NCBI GenBank assembly: GCA_973895155.1
Contig: OZ316894.1
Location: forward strand, 21,237,867 to 21,301,866
Source: Marsupella aquatica
Lineage: Eukaryota > Plantae > Marchantiophyta
Length of the DNA: 64,000 nucleotides
Direction: 5' to 3'
The notes under the pieces are model-generated. The model did not search any database. It was not told the origin of the DNA and saw only the letters and a program-made list of their open reading frames with translations. This document shows positions 1-10,954 of this stretch, piece after piece (positions within the stretch are counted from its first letter, which is position 1; the number at the start of each line of letters is the position of its first letter). Made by a program: the position numbers and the translations under genes.

Positions 1-2020
1 TCGGAAATGTACCCATATATTTATTGTTTAGTGCAAACATTTTGTTTTTTAGTAAGGGTCAATCTGCACTTATGCAATTTGCATTTTTTGGTGCATTTAC
101 AAAGGAAATCACTCTTAAATATGAGCGGACTACAGCACTATCCACGCTGCTCGATCACTGTAGACACTGGCACTCAATATCTAGGGACATCATCTAAGGG
201 GGCCTTTACAAGGACTCAGCGGCAGTTTTCTTATTTTTCTGTGTGAGAGATGTAATCCTAGCTTCAAATGTGGGAACAGGACAGACTTTACATGAACTTC
301 GGGGAGCAATCAGGCAAAACCAGTACCGATCCTAATCACTTGTGGGTCACTTGTGGGTCAATTGTGGGACCCTTGTTAAAAACATTGCTGTAAAGAATTA
401 TTCTTGCTCTTTTAAAGACATCAATGGGGACACAGGGCATCAATGTTAAGACAGCTCTCAATTTCTTTATCCTTCAGGTTATATCAAATACCTCTTTTAA
501 GTCTCTATGCAGGAATCGTAACCATCCATGGACCAATGTAAAACAGTCATTTCAGTGAGATTTGACTGTGGTTGAATCAGTTAATGCTTGGCTGTATGCA
601 GCGCAGGAGAGACTGGTGGGTGACTAAGGTCTTTCCATTCACTCCCATTTTCAACCCCTAGCCCAGCTCCTTGCAACACCATTCAAAGTATACCATTTCA
701 ACACTTCAGCTATCTCACCCTCTTTGCAACAAAGAAGGTACCCCTACTCCCTTTGGTGGTTCATTATATCCATTCACCCCCTATTGCCTTCTTACAAAGG
801 GGAACAGTCCATCCGAAGTGTAGCTTCCTCTGGGGTCTATTCGCCCCCTTTCAAACCAACCCCCCATTCCTCTGGGCTGTGTTCCATTCGCACCCCTTCA
901 GGCCAACCCCCATTTCGCAACCCACTCCCAAGATTGTCGAGAAAATTGCGGCTGTTTGTTGTTTGTAGTTTTGGGGGTCACCCTTGAGCAAATAGCCAAA
1001 CTGGGAGGCAGCAAGCGCCTTCCCCTTCCGAGTTCCACCCCCAGTCTGACCAGCAGGCTCGGTTTCAACTTCTCCTTCCCAGTTCCACCCCCAGTCTGAC
1101 CGGTGGGCTCGGTTTCAATGAATCTGTTACCTGCAGCAGCCTGTTTTGTGATTATGCACGTTGGGCTGTTATGTTGCTTCGACGACTCTTTGCAAACAAA
1201 TGTCCCTTCCAATGTCTCTTCCTACTCCCCTGTCTGACGACCCTTAGAAGGAGTGGCAGTGGCAGCAGATGACGAAGCCATTACTGGTAAATCACGTCTA
1301 GTCCAAGCCCTTGTTCGGCAGTCGAGCATGATTCTCATCAAACTTACAGCCTCAAAGTCCCAAAGGTCTGGGAGGAAGAATTTCTCAAATTCGACCCCTT
1401 CTAATACCAATCAATTCAGAGACTGCGGGAGCGAGCAATTGGGGACCTGCCAGCAAAGCGAATTTGGGGTGCTGCGCAATCTGGCAGCGTACACTTCCGT
1501 TGTCTCGCCCCCTTTGCATCAATAGGTTTTTAACCCCTACCCACTTCTTGCAAAGAGGAGGACAGTCCATCTGAAGTGAGGTGTACCCTTCCTTGTCGCA
1601 CCCTCTTTGCAACAACAGGTGTTCCCCCTTCCTTCTTCTTGCACAGGGGGAGAGGTGAGGTGTACCCTTCCTACTCTTCCGGTGTCTCAACCTCTTTGCA
1701 ACAATGGGAAAGGGGCCGAATGGAAATCACATATGGGAATCACATCTAAGGTGCAAGCCCTTGCGTGGACAGGATGCAAGGTCATCATTCTGGTACACAA
1801 AGGTTTTACTAGGTTAGCTTTCTGCTCGACAGTTACCAATCTAAAACACATCTAAAACACGTTCAGTATCCTGGGTCGTGTGTGATTCATGTGAAGTAGT
1901 TTTCTGTGTTTCGTGTTGATGATCGTAAATGTTGAGATTGTGAAGTGAAGGACTTACGCCAGCTATTCTACTTACCTCGACTTTCCTTCACTACGCACAT
2001 ACTTCAACAAATTGGAAGTA

Positions 2021-2230
2021 CTAGCCTGATTACCCGTTCCTTGAATGCATTAGGAGATGAAACGAAAACAAAAAAGCTTGCAATCATATTTTTCTTATGA
2101 TTCATCTTTGCTCTCATCCCTGTTTTCTCTATGCACTTTCACTTATCTTAGAGTCACGAGTCTAGAGGCTTCACTCTAGACAGTAGAGTAGCCCCTAAGA
2201 GTAGGTTTCAATCGCACTTTATTAGTAAGA
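2021..2230 (-). mobile_element. Non-autonomous mini-Helitron, copy A
   Basis: The minus strand reads A|TCTTACTAAT...GTAATCAGGCTAG|T, the Helitron TC...CTAG termini at an AT site. Internal palindrome TCTAGAG-gcttca-CTCTAGA. Homologous to 27771-28008 and 57983-58274. Confidence 0.65.
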
Positions 2231-3979
2231 TTGTTGACCCACAAGAAGAAAAAACGAATTGAACCTGTAAACGAGTATTGCAGACGTTAGCAAGCTTGTG
2301 AATTGCGAGGCGCTAAGCAAGTGATGAATCTTTCTTGACTTGAGTTGGGATGAGGACACCGTGGTAAGTGAGCAGTAAGTCTTACGACAAAATCAACTCA
2401 CAATTGTACTGTAGATTTCTGTGTCGAACATGTTGCTACCCGAGCTAGAGTTCATGAGATCTATGTAGCGAGGACAACATTTTCACATATCCAGCTTGGA
2501 TATCTGTTGAGTTCTGCATAACAAGCTCAATTGACGAAGACAATGAAGCAAAGCAGTGTTCAAGACGTTTCAAAGACTAGCTAACGCTCCCTCAATCTGA
2601 ATCTCGTCCTATAGTTTACAAGAGGCCGTTCTCGAAAGATTGGCTGTCAAGCAACTTCGAGAGAGTGTTTTGTGAAAGGAGGGAACACGAATCACAGAAT
2701 CAACAAAAGATCCCATACACTCGGGTCTACAGTACGAAGACTAGATTTCTTGGAAGAAATGCAAAGAAACATATTAACTGTTCTGGACCTTTGCCATAGA
2801 TTATTATGCAGGCTCAAAGTATAAGACCATCACAGTGCAAGCCCCACATCCACATTCGCCCCACCCCAACTTTTTTCCAATGAGACCCTCACTGTGTGTT
2901 CACCCTCCAAAATTAGACACCTTGCTGCACAAAAAACCTTCTTTGAATATTCCAATACAGTCGTCTTTCATGTAGTAATACTGTCATCAAAATACTGGGG
3001 AGGAACCGGTCCGCTTTACCCTAAAGGCCATTCTTCTCCCCAACTGCCCAAAGTATCATGTCGAATCTAAACATGACGAAAATTCAAGTTCACAAAACCA
3101 AAAGTCATGACACAAACTCTAAATCTCTGTACGGGTCTTAACCCTTGAAAGCACACAATCAGGTCAACCCAGAAATTAAATTCAATTTTCTTCGATCATC
3201 CGGCACTGCCAAAACTCAAAGCGCGCTTTAAATTCAAGAAGATATTGGCCTGCTGCACATAATGAGCACCTAGTGTACCGTACTGTGGCCTTAAATTTGG
3301 TTTGCATGACTTCTAAAGGTTAACCGTGTCTTGCATACGATAACTGCTGACAATCCTTACTACAGCTACAATTGGCAATATATGCTCGAAACAATTCACC
3401 AACTTCATGAGACATGAAGTGCAATGAGAGCTTCATCGCAAAGAGACGTGCTTGGTTTCTAGAAAGCCAGTCGGCAAACTTAGTAGATCTCCAAAACTCT
3501 GTGCCGAACCTGTTAGCAGCAACCAATTCACCTGACTGTACAAATCTCAGATGATGCTACTTTTTCATTGTCGAAAAGACCTTTGGGCAAGCTGGATCGA
3601 AGTTCCAAATATGAGCATTCAATTATTTTACAAGATTTGTCACGTTTTATTCCATACTAACCCGCTGAAAGGAGAAAAACATGTTGGGAAGCAGGCGTGC
3701 AGGCTCCCATGTCTCTGTGAGTTGGCATTTCCAATCCGAGGAGCAACCGAAAATCTTCGGTGAACTAAACGTAGTCCTTCAAGCTGGGCTTCTCCACTCT
3801 AAATAGACCAAACACATTATCCATCACTCAAAGTTTTCCCAAAACAAATCGAAGTTTGAGACATAGACTAAAGCTTCACATGCAAATTTAGGTCAGCAAC
3901 AAGGATCTGGACTACTAAGACTCCGTGGCATTAACTCAGTAGTAGCGAGCCATTTATCTTATTGTTTCACCAGTCGCAA

Positions 3980-4177
3980 CTACCAGGAGAATGACTCACC
4001 GCAGTTGTTGCACATAATCTCGTGATGGGACTTCCAGAACAGCGGGAGAAAGCAGAATCTGTACGTTTCTTGCACTTCCACATCTGTTGCGCTCTGCCCG
4101 CAGTTGGCACATACTCCGGTTGCCGGCTGGGAACTCTTCACTCTGCGCTGCTCGTCGCAAACAAAGCAGAACACCAT
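3980..4177 (-). CDS. Small plant zinc-ribbon protein (zinc_ribbon_15-like family), 65 aa, intronless
   Basis: ATG-to-stop ORF MVFCFVCDEQRRV...CANCG...RFCFLPLFWK...CNNCG. The two CxxC pairs and the RFCFLP motif are typical of this conserved plant family. Confidence 0.85.
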   Translation of the reverse strand: MVFCFVCDEQRRVKSSQPATGVCANCGQSATDVEVQETYRFCFLPLFWKSHHEIMCNNCGESFSW

Positions 4178-6716
4178 TTTGACCTAGCTCCTGTTGTCGC
4201 TTCCTCCACTCCTCTCCTCCGTCACAACTTCGCTCTCACCGCAGACGGAATTGGTTTTGCTTACTTCACGTTCACAGCAGCGTGTGCTGTTTAACAACAC
4301 TTCTCCACCGATCAATCGTAAAGGTAATGGACCGTCTTGCAAATTGAGACATCCACTGAAGGTGCACAATCCAATCACAACAAAATCTTCACCAAAACCG
4401 GAGCGAATTCGTGCAAGGGTCACTTTGCAGGACCAACTGGCAGTATTAAGCCGCACCGCAGCTGAATCAGATAACAATCATAGATATCGCCCAGATTCCA
4501 GAACGTAAATTATCCACCGCCTCTGTTGCTCATAGTCACCTCAGGAGCGCAAATCCTCCACAACTTCTCCACCAAACCCACAGAAAATTCGACGATTCGT
4601 CCACTCTACTCCCAGGCCATGGAGTGTTAGAGGTCGAGGGCGCTCGATTCCCGGAGCGTTCCTTTCCGATCGAAAGCGATTCCTTCGTGGGAATCCTTCC
4701 GTCCCGACTGTCGAGTTCACTGTACAGATCAGACTCATGAGAGTGAAGTCGAATCAGCAGAGGAATTATTCCCGGCCCACACTTAGCGGGCTTCTCTGAA
4801 CACACTTTAGCGGCAGCGTTTTCTTTTAGTGGCGAAAATTCGCTAAATTACACTTCCCCAAAAATCTTTCTCCACTTTTGGCGAAAATTCGCTACTATTT
4901 TGTTGTCTCGTTAGCGAGTGTTCTACCTAATCCTAGGTTCCATTAGCCAGAATCTAGGGTCAGCCTTAAATCTAGGGAGATCTGATGGTCAGGAAATAAT
5001 TGAATAGGGAATCTTTTGAGCATCTTCTCCTTCACATACTTTACATTCCCCACTCTGGCAAAAAAGTAAAATCCTTAAAAATAAGTTGCCTAGTGAAAAA
5101 AAAAGTGGCCTCCTGGCCTCCGGGCCTTCTTGGCCCATGGTTCAAGCGGCTAGGCCAACAAGAAGCTCGGCTCTTTTTATTTTTGAGAGTTGAATAGGTG
5201 AGGAGGGTGTTAGCTTTCACCACTCCTTTGTAGGTTACTTTTTTGTCTTTGTTCCTTAGTAGGCTTTTGGTTGGGGACCCCTTGGTTTGTTTTTCTTGGG
5301 GCCCTTTCCCCTCTTTTTCTCCCCTTCATTGGGTTGCTTTAAGTAACTAGAAAGTTAGGAGCATAGCCAGTTGGTGGCGTGCCCAAATGTGCGAGTTGGT
5401 GTCCAGGTGGGGGGCCAAATTTGGGGACCAAAGTAGGTCCGGGGGTGGCAGGTCTCCAGAAGCACATATGAGGGGAGTGGTGTCTCCCTGGGGGCTAAGG
5501 GCGAGCCAAAGTCGTGGGCCGCGGCGGTCACGACACTAAGGAAAATTAAAGGCCAAACGGAAACGGTGATAGTTTGTTGGAGGACTTTTTGGGTGCATTG
5601 GAAAGATCTCAAGGAGGACTACATCATCTTGAGCTTAGTTGGGTCTAGGGGCATCATGGGTTCTTGGAGTTTGCGGGGGCTATCTTGCTCGCTTGCCAAA
5701 TCCTGCCAAAATAGCAGCCAAGTCGAGTTCAATCTCCCAAGGGAGCTTGTGTTGAGGAGGCAAGGCTAAGTAGGTATGGAGGTTGAGTTCCAAGGGCACT
5801 TGGCCCCTAGGCCATTAGTGGGGTGAGAACCAAGAGTTGGTTGCTAGAGTCGGGGCCATTCTGGTCCCGACGTGTAGGGACAAGCTTGAGACAAGCTTGA
5901 GGGCAAGCTACGCTATTTGGGTCATGAGCATGTCCTGGGGGCAGGGCGGTCAGTTGGTGATGGATATGTACAAGGGGGAACCCAGGCTACACCCAAAGAG
6001 AGGCTAATCTGGATGAACAGTGGGTGACGGCTTTGATTCCGACTTATGGCAACGGGATCGTTGACCTACTTACCAAACGGCTGTCGAGCTTGAGTTAGGA
6101 TGCTAGACTTGGGGAAATATAGATCCTGGTGAGTTACTTACCGAGGTACTTGGTTGCTTGTGCAAACTATGAGGACTGTTGGGTAATGGTTGTGTTAGGG
6201 AGCAAGTGCAACTTCGTATGGAGGGGTCGGAAGCGGTGCAAGAGGCATCAAGTTGCTTGCTCGAGGAGTTCCGTGGAGGCGTTCGGGCACCAGGGGCACT
6301 TAAGCATGGGTGCTGGGATTGGTGAGGGCACTGGGTGGCTAGGTCCACCACTAAGACTTAGATCCCAAATTATTGTATAGATTATACTACCATGACCCCA
6401 AGCTTTGCTCATAAGTACATGGTGAACTGTAGTGTCCCCTTACTTTGTGCCCATTCCCAACGGTAGGGGTCCACCTATAGTCACTCTTGAGGCTTCACTC
6501 TAGACCGCAAGCCCTTACCCTAGCTTTCATTTGCACTTTATTAGACTAGCCCCAAAAGCCAAAAGGGTGAGAATGAATCATGGTAGTTTGCTTATGAGAA
6601 AATTTCCTTATCGGTTGGATTCGCCAAAAACCCACCCTGCAGATTTCCCACAGCGCTGCCCTATTATACCCCTCCCTCTTGTGTCCCTGAACACAAAGGG
6701 TGAGGGGAGAAAGGGG

Positions 6717-7017
6717 AGGGAGAGGGAAAAATAGGTGGGAAAACCCTTCTCCCTCCCTACAGTGCCGTTCGATCACGCCTGGATCTTTGATGCTCCAGAC
6801 ACTGTACAAGGGAGTAACAACGGTCTCCTCGTAATAAGGGATGGTAACAACTAAGTATAGCATATTTGCAAGGAAGACAAGCATCATGTACTGACTCTTT
6901 AAATGAGTAAGAAATGAGAAAAAACAAGGGAAGAACAAGACCTTTCATCATGAAAAACTAGACAAGATAAACTATAGGGAGGGAGAAGGGTTTTCCCACC
7001 TATTTTTCCCTCTCCCT
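6717..7017. mobile_element. MITE-like element with 47-bp terminal inverted repeats
   Basis: 6717-6763 (agggagagggaaaaataggtgggaaaacccttctccctccctacagt) is the reverse complement of 6971-7017 with one mismatch. No clear TSD. Confidence 0.6.
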
Positions 7018-7420
7018 GCCCCTGGCCCATGGAACCTGGCCCTTAGGGCGCAATAACTTGAGCTAGAGTGGGAACTGAAAAATGGTCGAGTAGGTTTCCC
7101 GAGATGAGAAACGAAGGACCTGTTACTCGAGAGTAGGAAGACTCCCGCCAAATTTCCAACACGGTAAGACGAGGAGCAGAAATGTTTACGATGACTGTGG
7201 ATTTATAACTTTGTAAATCTAATTTTGTCACAGTGCAGCGTAGAACTCAGCAAGGAGCGTCCTTGATCAAAGCAATTATTTTCATGGATTCCAAAGCAGA
7301 TAGCTGCCTTTCGACTGCCCATGTCCATGGTAGATTTGGGTCTGTAAAGCCCATCCCAATGCCGCGCGAATTTGCAGTGTAGGCTGTTTAACGTCCTTGG
7401 CAAAGTGACTCTGTCGAGGG

Positions 7421-7700
7421 GACCTGGTGAGCTTCTTGTTTGGCTCTGCGGATTGCAAGCTCGCCCTGAGCTTTGAGTAGGAGAACTCTCGGCATTCTGT
7501 TCCATTGTTGCTCGAGAGGACCTGGTGAGCTTCTTGTTTGGCTCTGCGGATTGCAAGCTGAGCTTTGAGTAGGAGAGCTCTCGGCATTCTGTTCCATTGT
7601 TGCTCGAGGGGACCTGGTGAGCTTCTTGTTTGGCTCTGCGGATTGCAAGCTCGCCCTGAGCTTTGAGTAGGAGAACTCTCGGCATTCTGTTCCATTGTTG
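7421..7700. repeat. Tandem repeat, 3 copies of about 92-98 bp
   Basis: Near-identical units gacctggtgagcttcttgtttggctctgcggattgcaagct... start at 7421, 7519 and 7611. Confidence 0.95.
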
Positions 7701-8100
7701 CATCCACATGCGCCGAGTTTTAGGCACTGTGTTTCGTTGTTCGAAATTCCTATCGCAGACTACAATATTGTAGAAAGGATTGCTCGTTGCCTCAAAAGCC
7801 TTCATACTTTCATGGAGCATGACCCCTAGAGACGGGAGGACGTGCGGGAAGTGCAAAGAATCTCCTGTTTGACTTTGGATCAAGGTACAGCTGAGGTTTG
7901 CTGATTGAGAGCACTGACAAAGCCATCCGTTTCTTCTCTGAAAATATGTGTGGAATCGTCTTTCGATTTTCCATCCTCAGAAGCGCGGCTCTGCCAACCA
8001 ACTGTCAATAACGCCAGCCTCCGGGGTCTGGACTCTGACATTATCATCTCTAGAATCTGTCTTGTGGATTCTGCAGCAGCAACCTGGTTTTGCTTAGTTA

Positions 8101-10057
8101 GAGCATCCGCACCGGTGCCTGCCAAAAGGCATCGGGCTTGCAAAAGCCTGCTTTTCCAGGTCCCGGTAATTTTCCGTGTTGCACCAGTCGCTGCTATAGC
8201 TAAACGGTTTTCAGGTCTCTGGCTATACTCGTTGCCGACTGCTATATCGGCCCCCTTTGGCAGTCTGAAAACCACGTTTGGCAGTCCTTGGAAAACCCAT
8301 CTACGATCCAAAGCCTGCCACTTGTCCACATCCTACGTGCAAGCAAACCTTCCCCCGTGAATATGAATTCTGGCGCGCGTACCTGCAGGCAGCAGCAGAT
8401 GTCGATGCACGTTTTCCCTGTAGCTTGACAGAGCTCTGGTCGCATCGAGAGGTCGTGGTACCATTGACAGCTCAAAGATCTGCACTCCAATCGTGTGTAG
8501 AAATGGCCCAACGGGGCAAGAACTTCAGTCCACTTGAATTAAAACAGCTATGCTATTCCTACTTGGAGATATCCCAAGACCCTTGTGTTGGTAGTGGGCA
8601 AAAGAGAGAGAATTTCTGGGAGAGAGTTTCTGAGCACTACGATGGAAATCGACCAACAGGCCATGAGAGCAGATCAGCAAAGTCACTTGAGGCGAAATGG
8701 GGTGATGTTCGGAAAGCTACCACTCGGTTCATTGGTTGCTATCAATCGGTAGAAGACCTAGACATTTCAGGCACAAATAGTGACGACACCTTCATCAAGG
8801 CTAGAGAACTTTACAAGACACGACACTCAAACGGGAAGGAATTCGCTTTCTCAGTTTGTTACGAAATTCTGAAGGACTGCCCAAGGTGGATGATGCCAGA
8901 GGACCAAATGGCAAAGGGGAAGGGCAAACGGAAGTCAGCTGAACGAGCACCAAGTGGGGACTTTGTTGGGGTGACAGAGAATTTTCCCAATTCAGATGGC
9001 CCGATTAATCTAGATTCAGAGACAGATAACGATCCTAGCGACCAGCAGAAGGCGAATGGAAATAGGCTAAAGAGGCCCTTGGGTTCAAAGCTGGCCAAGG
9101 ATTATGCCAAAAAGGGGAAAGCGCATGATGATTCTTTCAAGGTTGCAGCCCAAGCACAGAAGGTCATGGCACAGACAGGGGTAGAGCGCCTGAAAATTTT
9201 GGAGAACCAAACTTTTATGAACATGCTCACTCTTCCAACAGCGGGTCTAGACACTGAGACGTTAGAATTCTTGAATTTGTGGAAGCAAGATGAAATGGCA
9301 AAGTTGAAAGAGAGAATCTCTGCTAGGCAGTCTCAGGTGTTGTCCCCATTGCCAACTAGGGCAACAAGGACGTCCTTGCCTACCCCTATTCCAAGTAGCG
9401 ATGAGGACTCCCCAAGTCCTCAAGAAGTTGAGGGAATATTTTTCCAGTAGTCCACTTTTATGTAGTGGAAAATTGTTTCATGTATTGGTTTTCAGAAACC
9501 ACATTATAATAAAATGCCCGTGCCTTTTGTCTATTCTATGGATTGAATTTATTGTGTACATGTGATTGAGTGTCCATGTCAATTGACCACCATGGTACAC
9601 AGAGAGTACCTGTTACTCTCATGCTCAGTATGTCTGAGTCTGTACGCTGGTTATATACTGCACATGTGAAGCCTCGTGTCCTGGACAGTCTTCGGTACAC
9701 TCCCATTTTGATGGCATCGACATCGGAGCTACACAGCTCTGTCCCCCTTGCGCTCTTTCACCCTAAATCAATCGGGCAATCGAGCTTGCGCGAACTGGAG
9801 AGCTATGTCATTTTTGAAATGTTCGGGAGATTGTTTTGTATTGACATTGACATTTCTGCGCCAAAATGCCCCTGTTTGCTGGGTTCAAACCTGAGTGATG
9901 CGGTTCGAACGCATGGTTAACGTTTTCCAGGCCCCGTTTAGCAGGCACTGGTGCAGCACGACTTGAGCACGGGGCCTAACCCCATATGCAGGCCTGAAAA
10001 CCTTGGGGCAAATTTTGCGTTTGGCAGCACCGCACCTGGAAACCGGTGCGGATGCTC
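8101..10057 (+). mobile_element. PIF/Harbinger DNA transposon, non-autonomous (Myb/SANT ORF only)
   Basis: Perfect 16-bp TIRs GAGCATCCGCACCGGT / ACCGGTGCGGATGCTC. TTA target-site duplication at 8098-8100 and 10058-10060. Confidence 0.92.
8503..9450 (+). CDS. Harbinger Myb/SANT-like DNA-binding protein with NAM-associated-type C-terminus
   Basis: Motifs RGKNFSPLE..LCYSYLEISQDP..GSGQK..FWERV, RS.KSL..KW, F.F..CYEILKDCPRW and KRPLGSKLAK match the plant Harbinger Myb ORF. First ATG at 8503. Lies inside the TIRs. Confidence 0.85.
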   Translation: MAQRGKNFSPLELKQLCYSYLEISQDPCVGSGQKRENFWERVSEHYDGNRPTGHESRSAKSLEAKWGDVRKATTRFIGCYQSVEDLDISGTNSDDTFIKARELYKTRHSNGKEFAFSVCYEILKDCPRWMMPEDQMAKGKGKRKSAERAPSGDFVGVTENFPNSDGPINLDSETDNDPSDQQKANGNRLKRPLGSKLAKDYAKKGKAHDDSFKVAAQAQKVMAQTGVERLKILENQTFMNMLTLPTAGLDTETLEFLNLWKQDEMAKLKERISARQSQVLSPLPTRATRTSLPTPIPSSDEDSPSPQEVEGIFFQ

Positions 10058-10954
10058 TTAGAGGATCTCTTATTTGACTGGAGCCTTTTACTCATACCAT
10101 CCTCGTCTCGAGTCCGGTTCCGTCACTTCTATGCTCCCTCTCTCTGAGGAATTGAGGATGAGATGCACAGAGAATCTTTGATCTCAAGAAGATATCTTTC
10201 CACAAGGTCTGTACAGCAAGAGAGTCATGTTCTGCAGAGTCTTGCTCACTTGTAATTTCAAAGTCTCCTTCTCCCATCCACAGCTATATTGCTGTGTCGT
10301 TGTCCATTGAGCTCTGATGGTTATCGGATGCATTGTTTATAAAAGGGCACAGAAGGCAGCTTCGTCTCCAGTCCCTTCTCGGAATCCTTCCCTCTCCTTT
10401 ATTGTCCGAGGAGTTGGTCATGAGCTGCACGGAAAATTTTCTATCGCAAGAAGCCTTCTTTCTAACGAGAAGGCCGTCTGTGGAGCAACGAGAGTCATCT
10501 ACTGCAGAGTCTCTGAAGATGTTCGGTTGTGACTTCAACTTCTCTGCTTCGTATTAAAGATTGGATTGCCCTGTCATTTCTTCGTTTGGATTTTGATCTT
10601 TGATGGCTATGTGATGCAGGTTTTAATCTGAACACAGAATATAGTCGCCGTCACTCTATAATTGGAATCCGACACCGGCAAGATTCGGCTTGTTCGAATG
10701 TTCGCCTGGCCTACATGCGAACCAAATAAGCAGCCATTCCCTGACACAGACAAAACATCAGCTCTGTCGAATTCAGTAGTGTGAGTGGGAAGAAGAGGCA
10801 TCGCCAGGATTATACAATCTCCAAACAGATTATTATCTTTCCAACTGCTACAAGGGACAACTGAAAATCACGCACGGGTGTGCACTTGAAGGATTGAATA
10901 TTGTCCTTCAAGCTTTTTGGTCTGGCCACCCTCTAAGGTCTACCATACTGCGAT

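Noticed and set aside
1-1860. Possible gene in the overlapping short ORFs
   Set aside because: Only degenerate internal repeats and no recognisable domain or consistent splice pattern. Probably a TE relic that I cannot classify.
7203-7883. 226-aa ORF as an intact repeat protein
   Set aside because: Repeat units of 98 and 92 bp are not multiples of three, so the same peptides recur in different frames.
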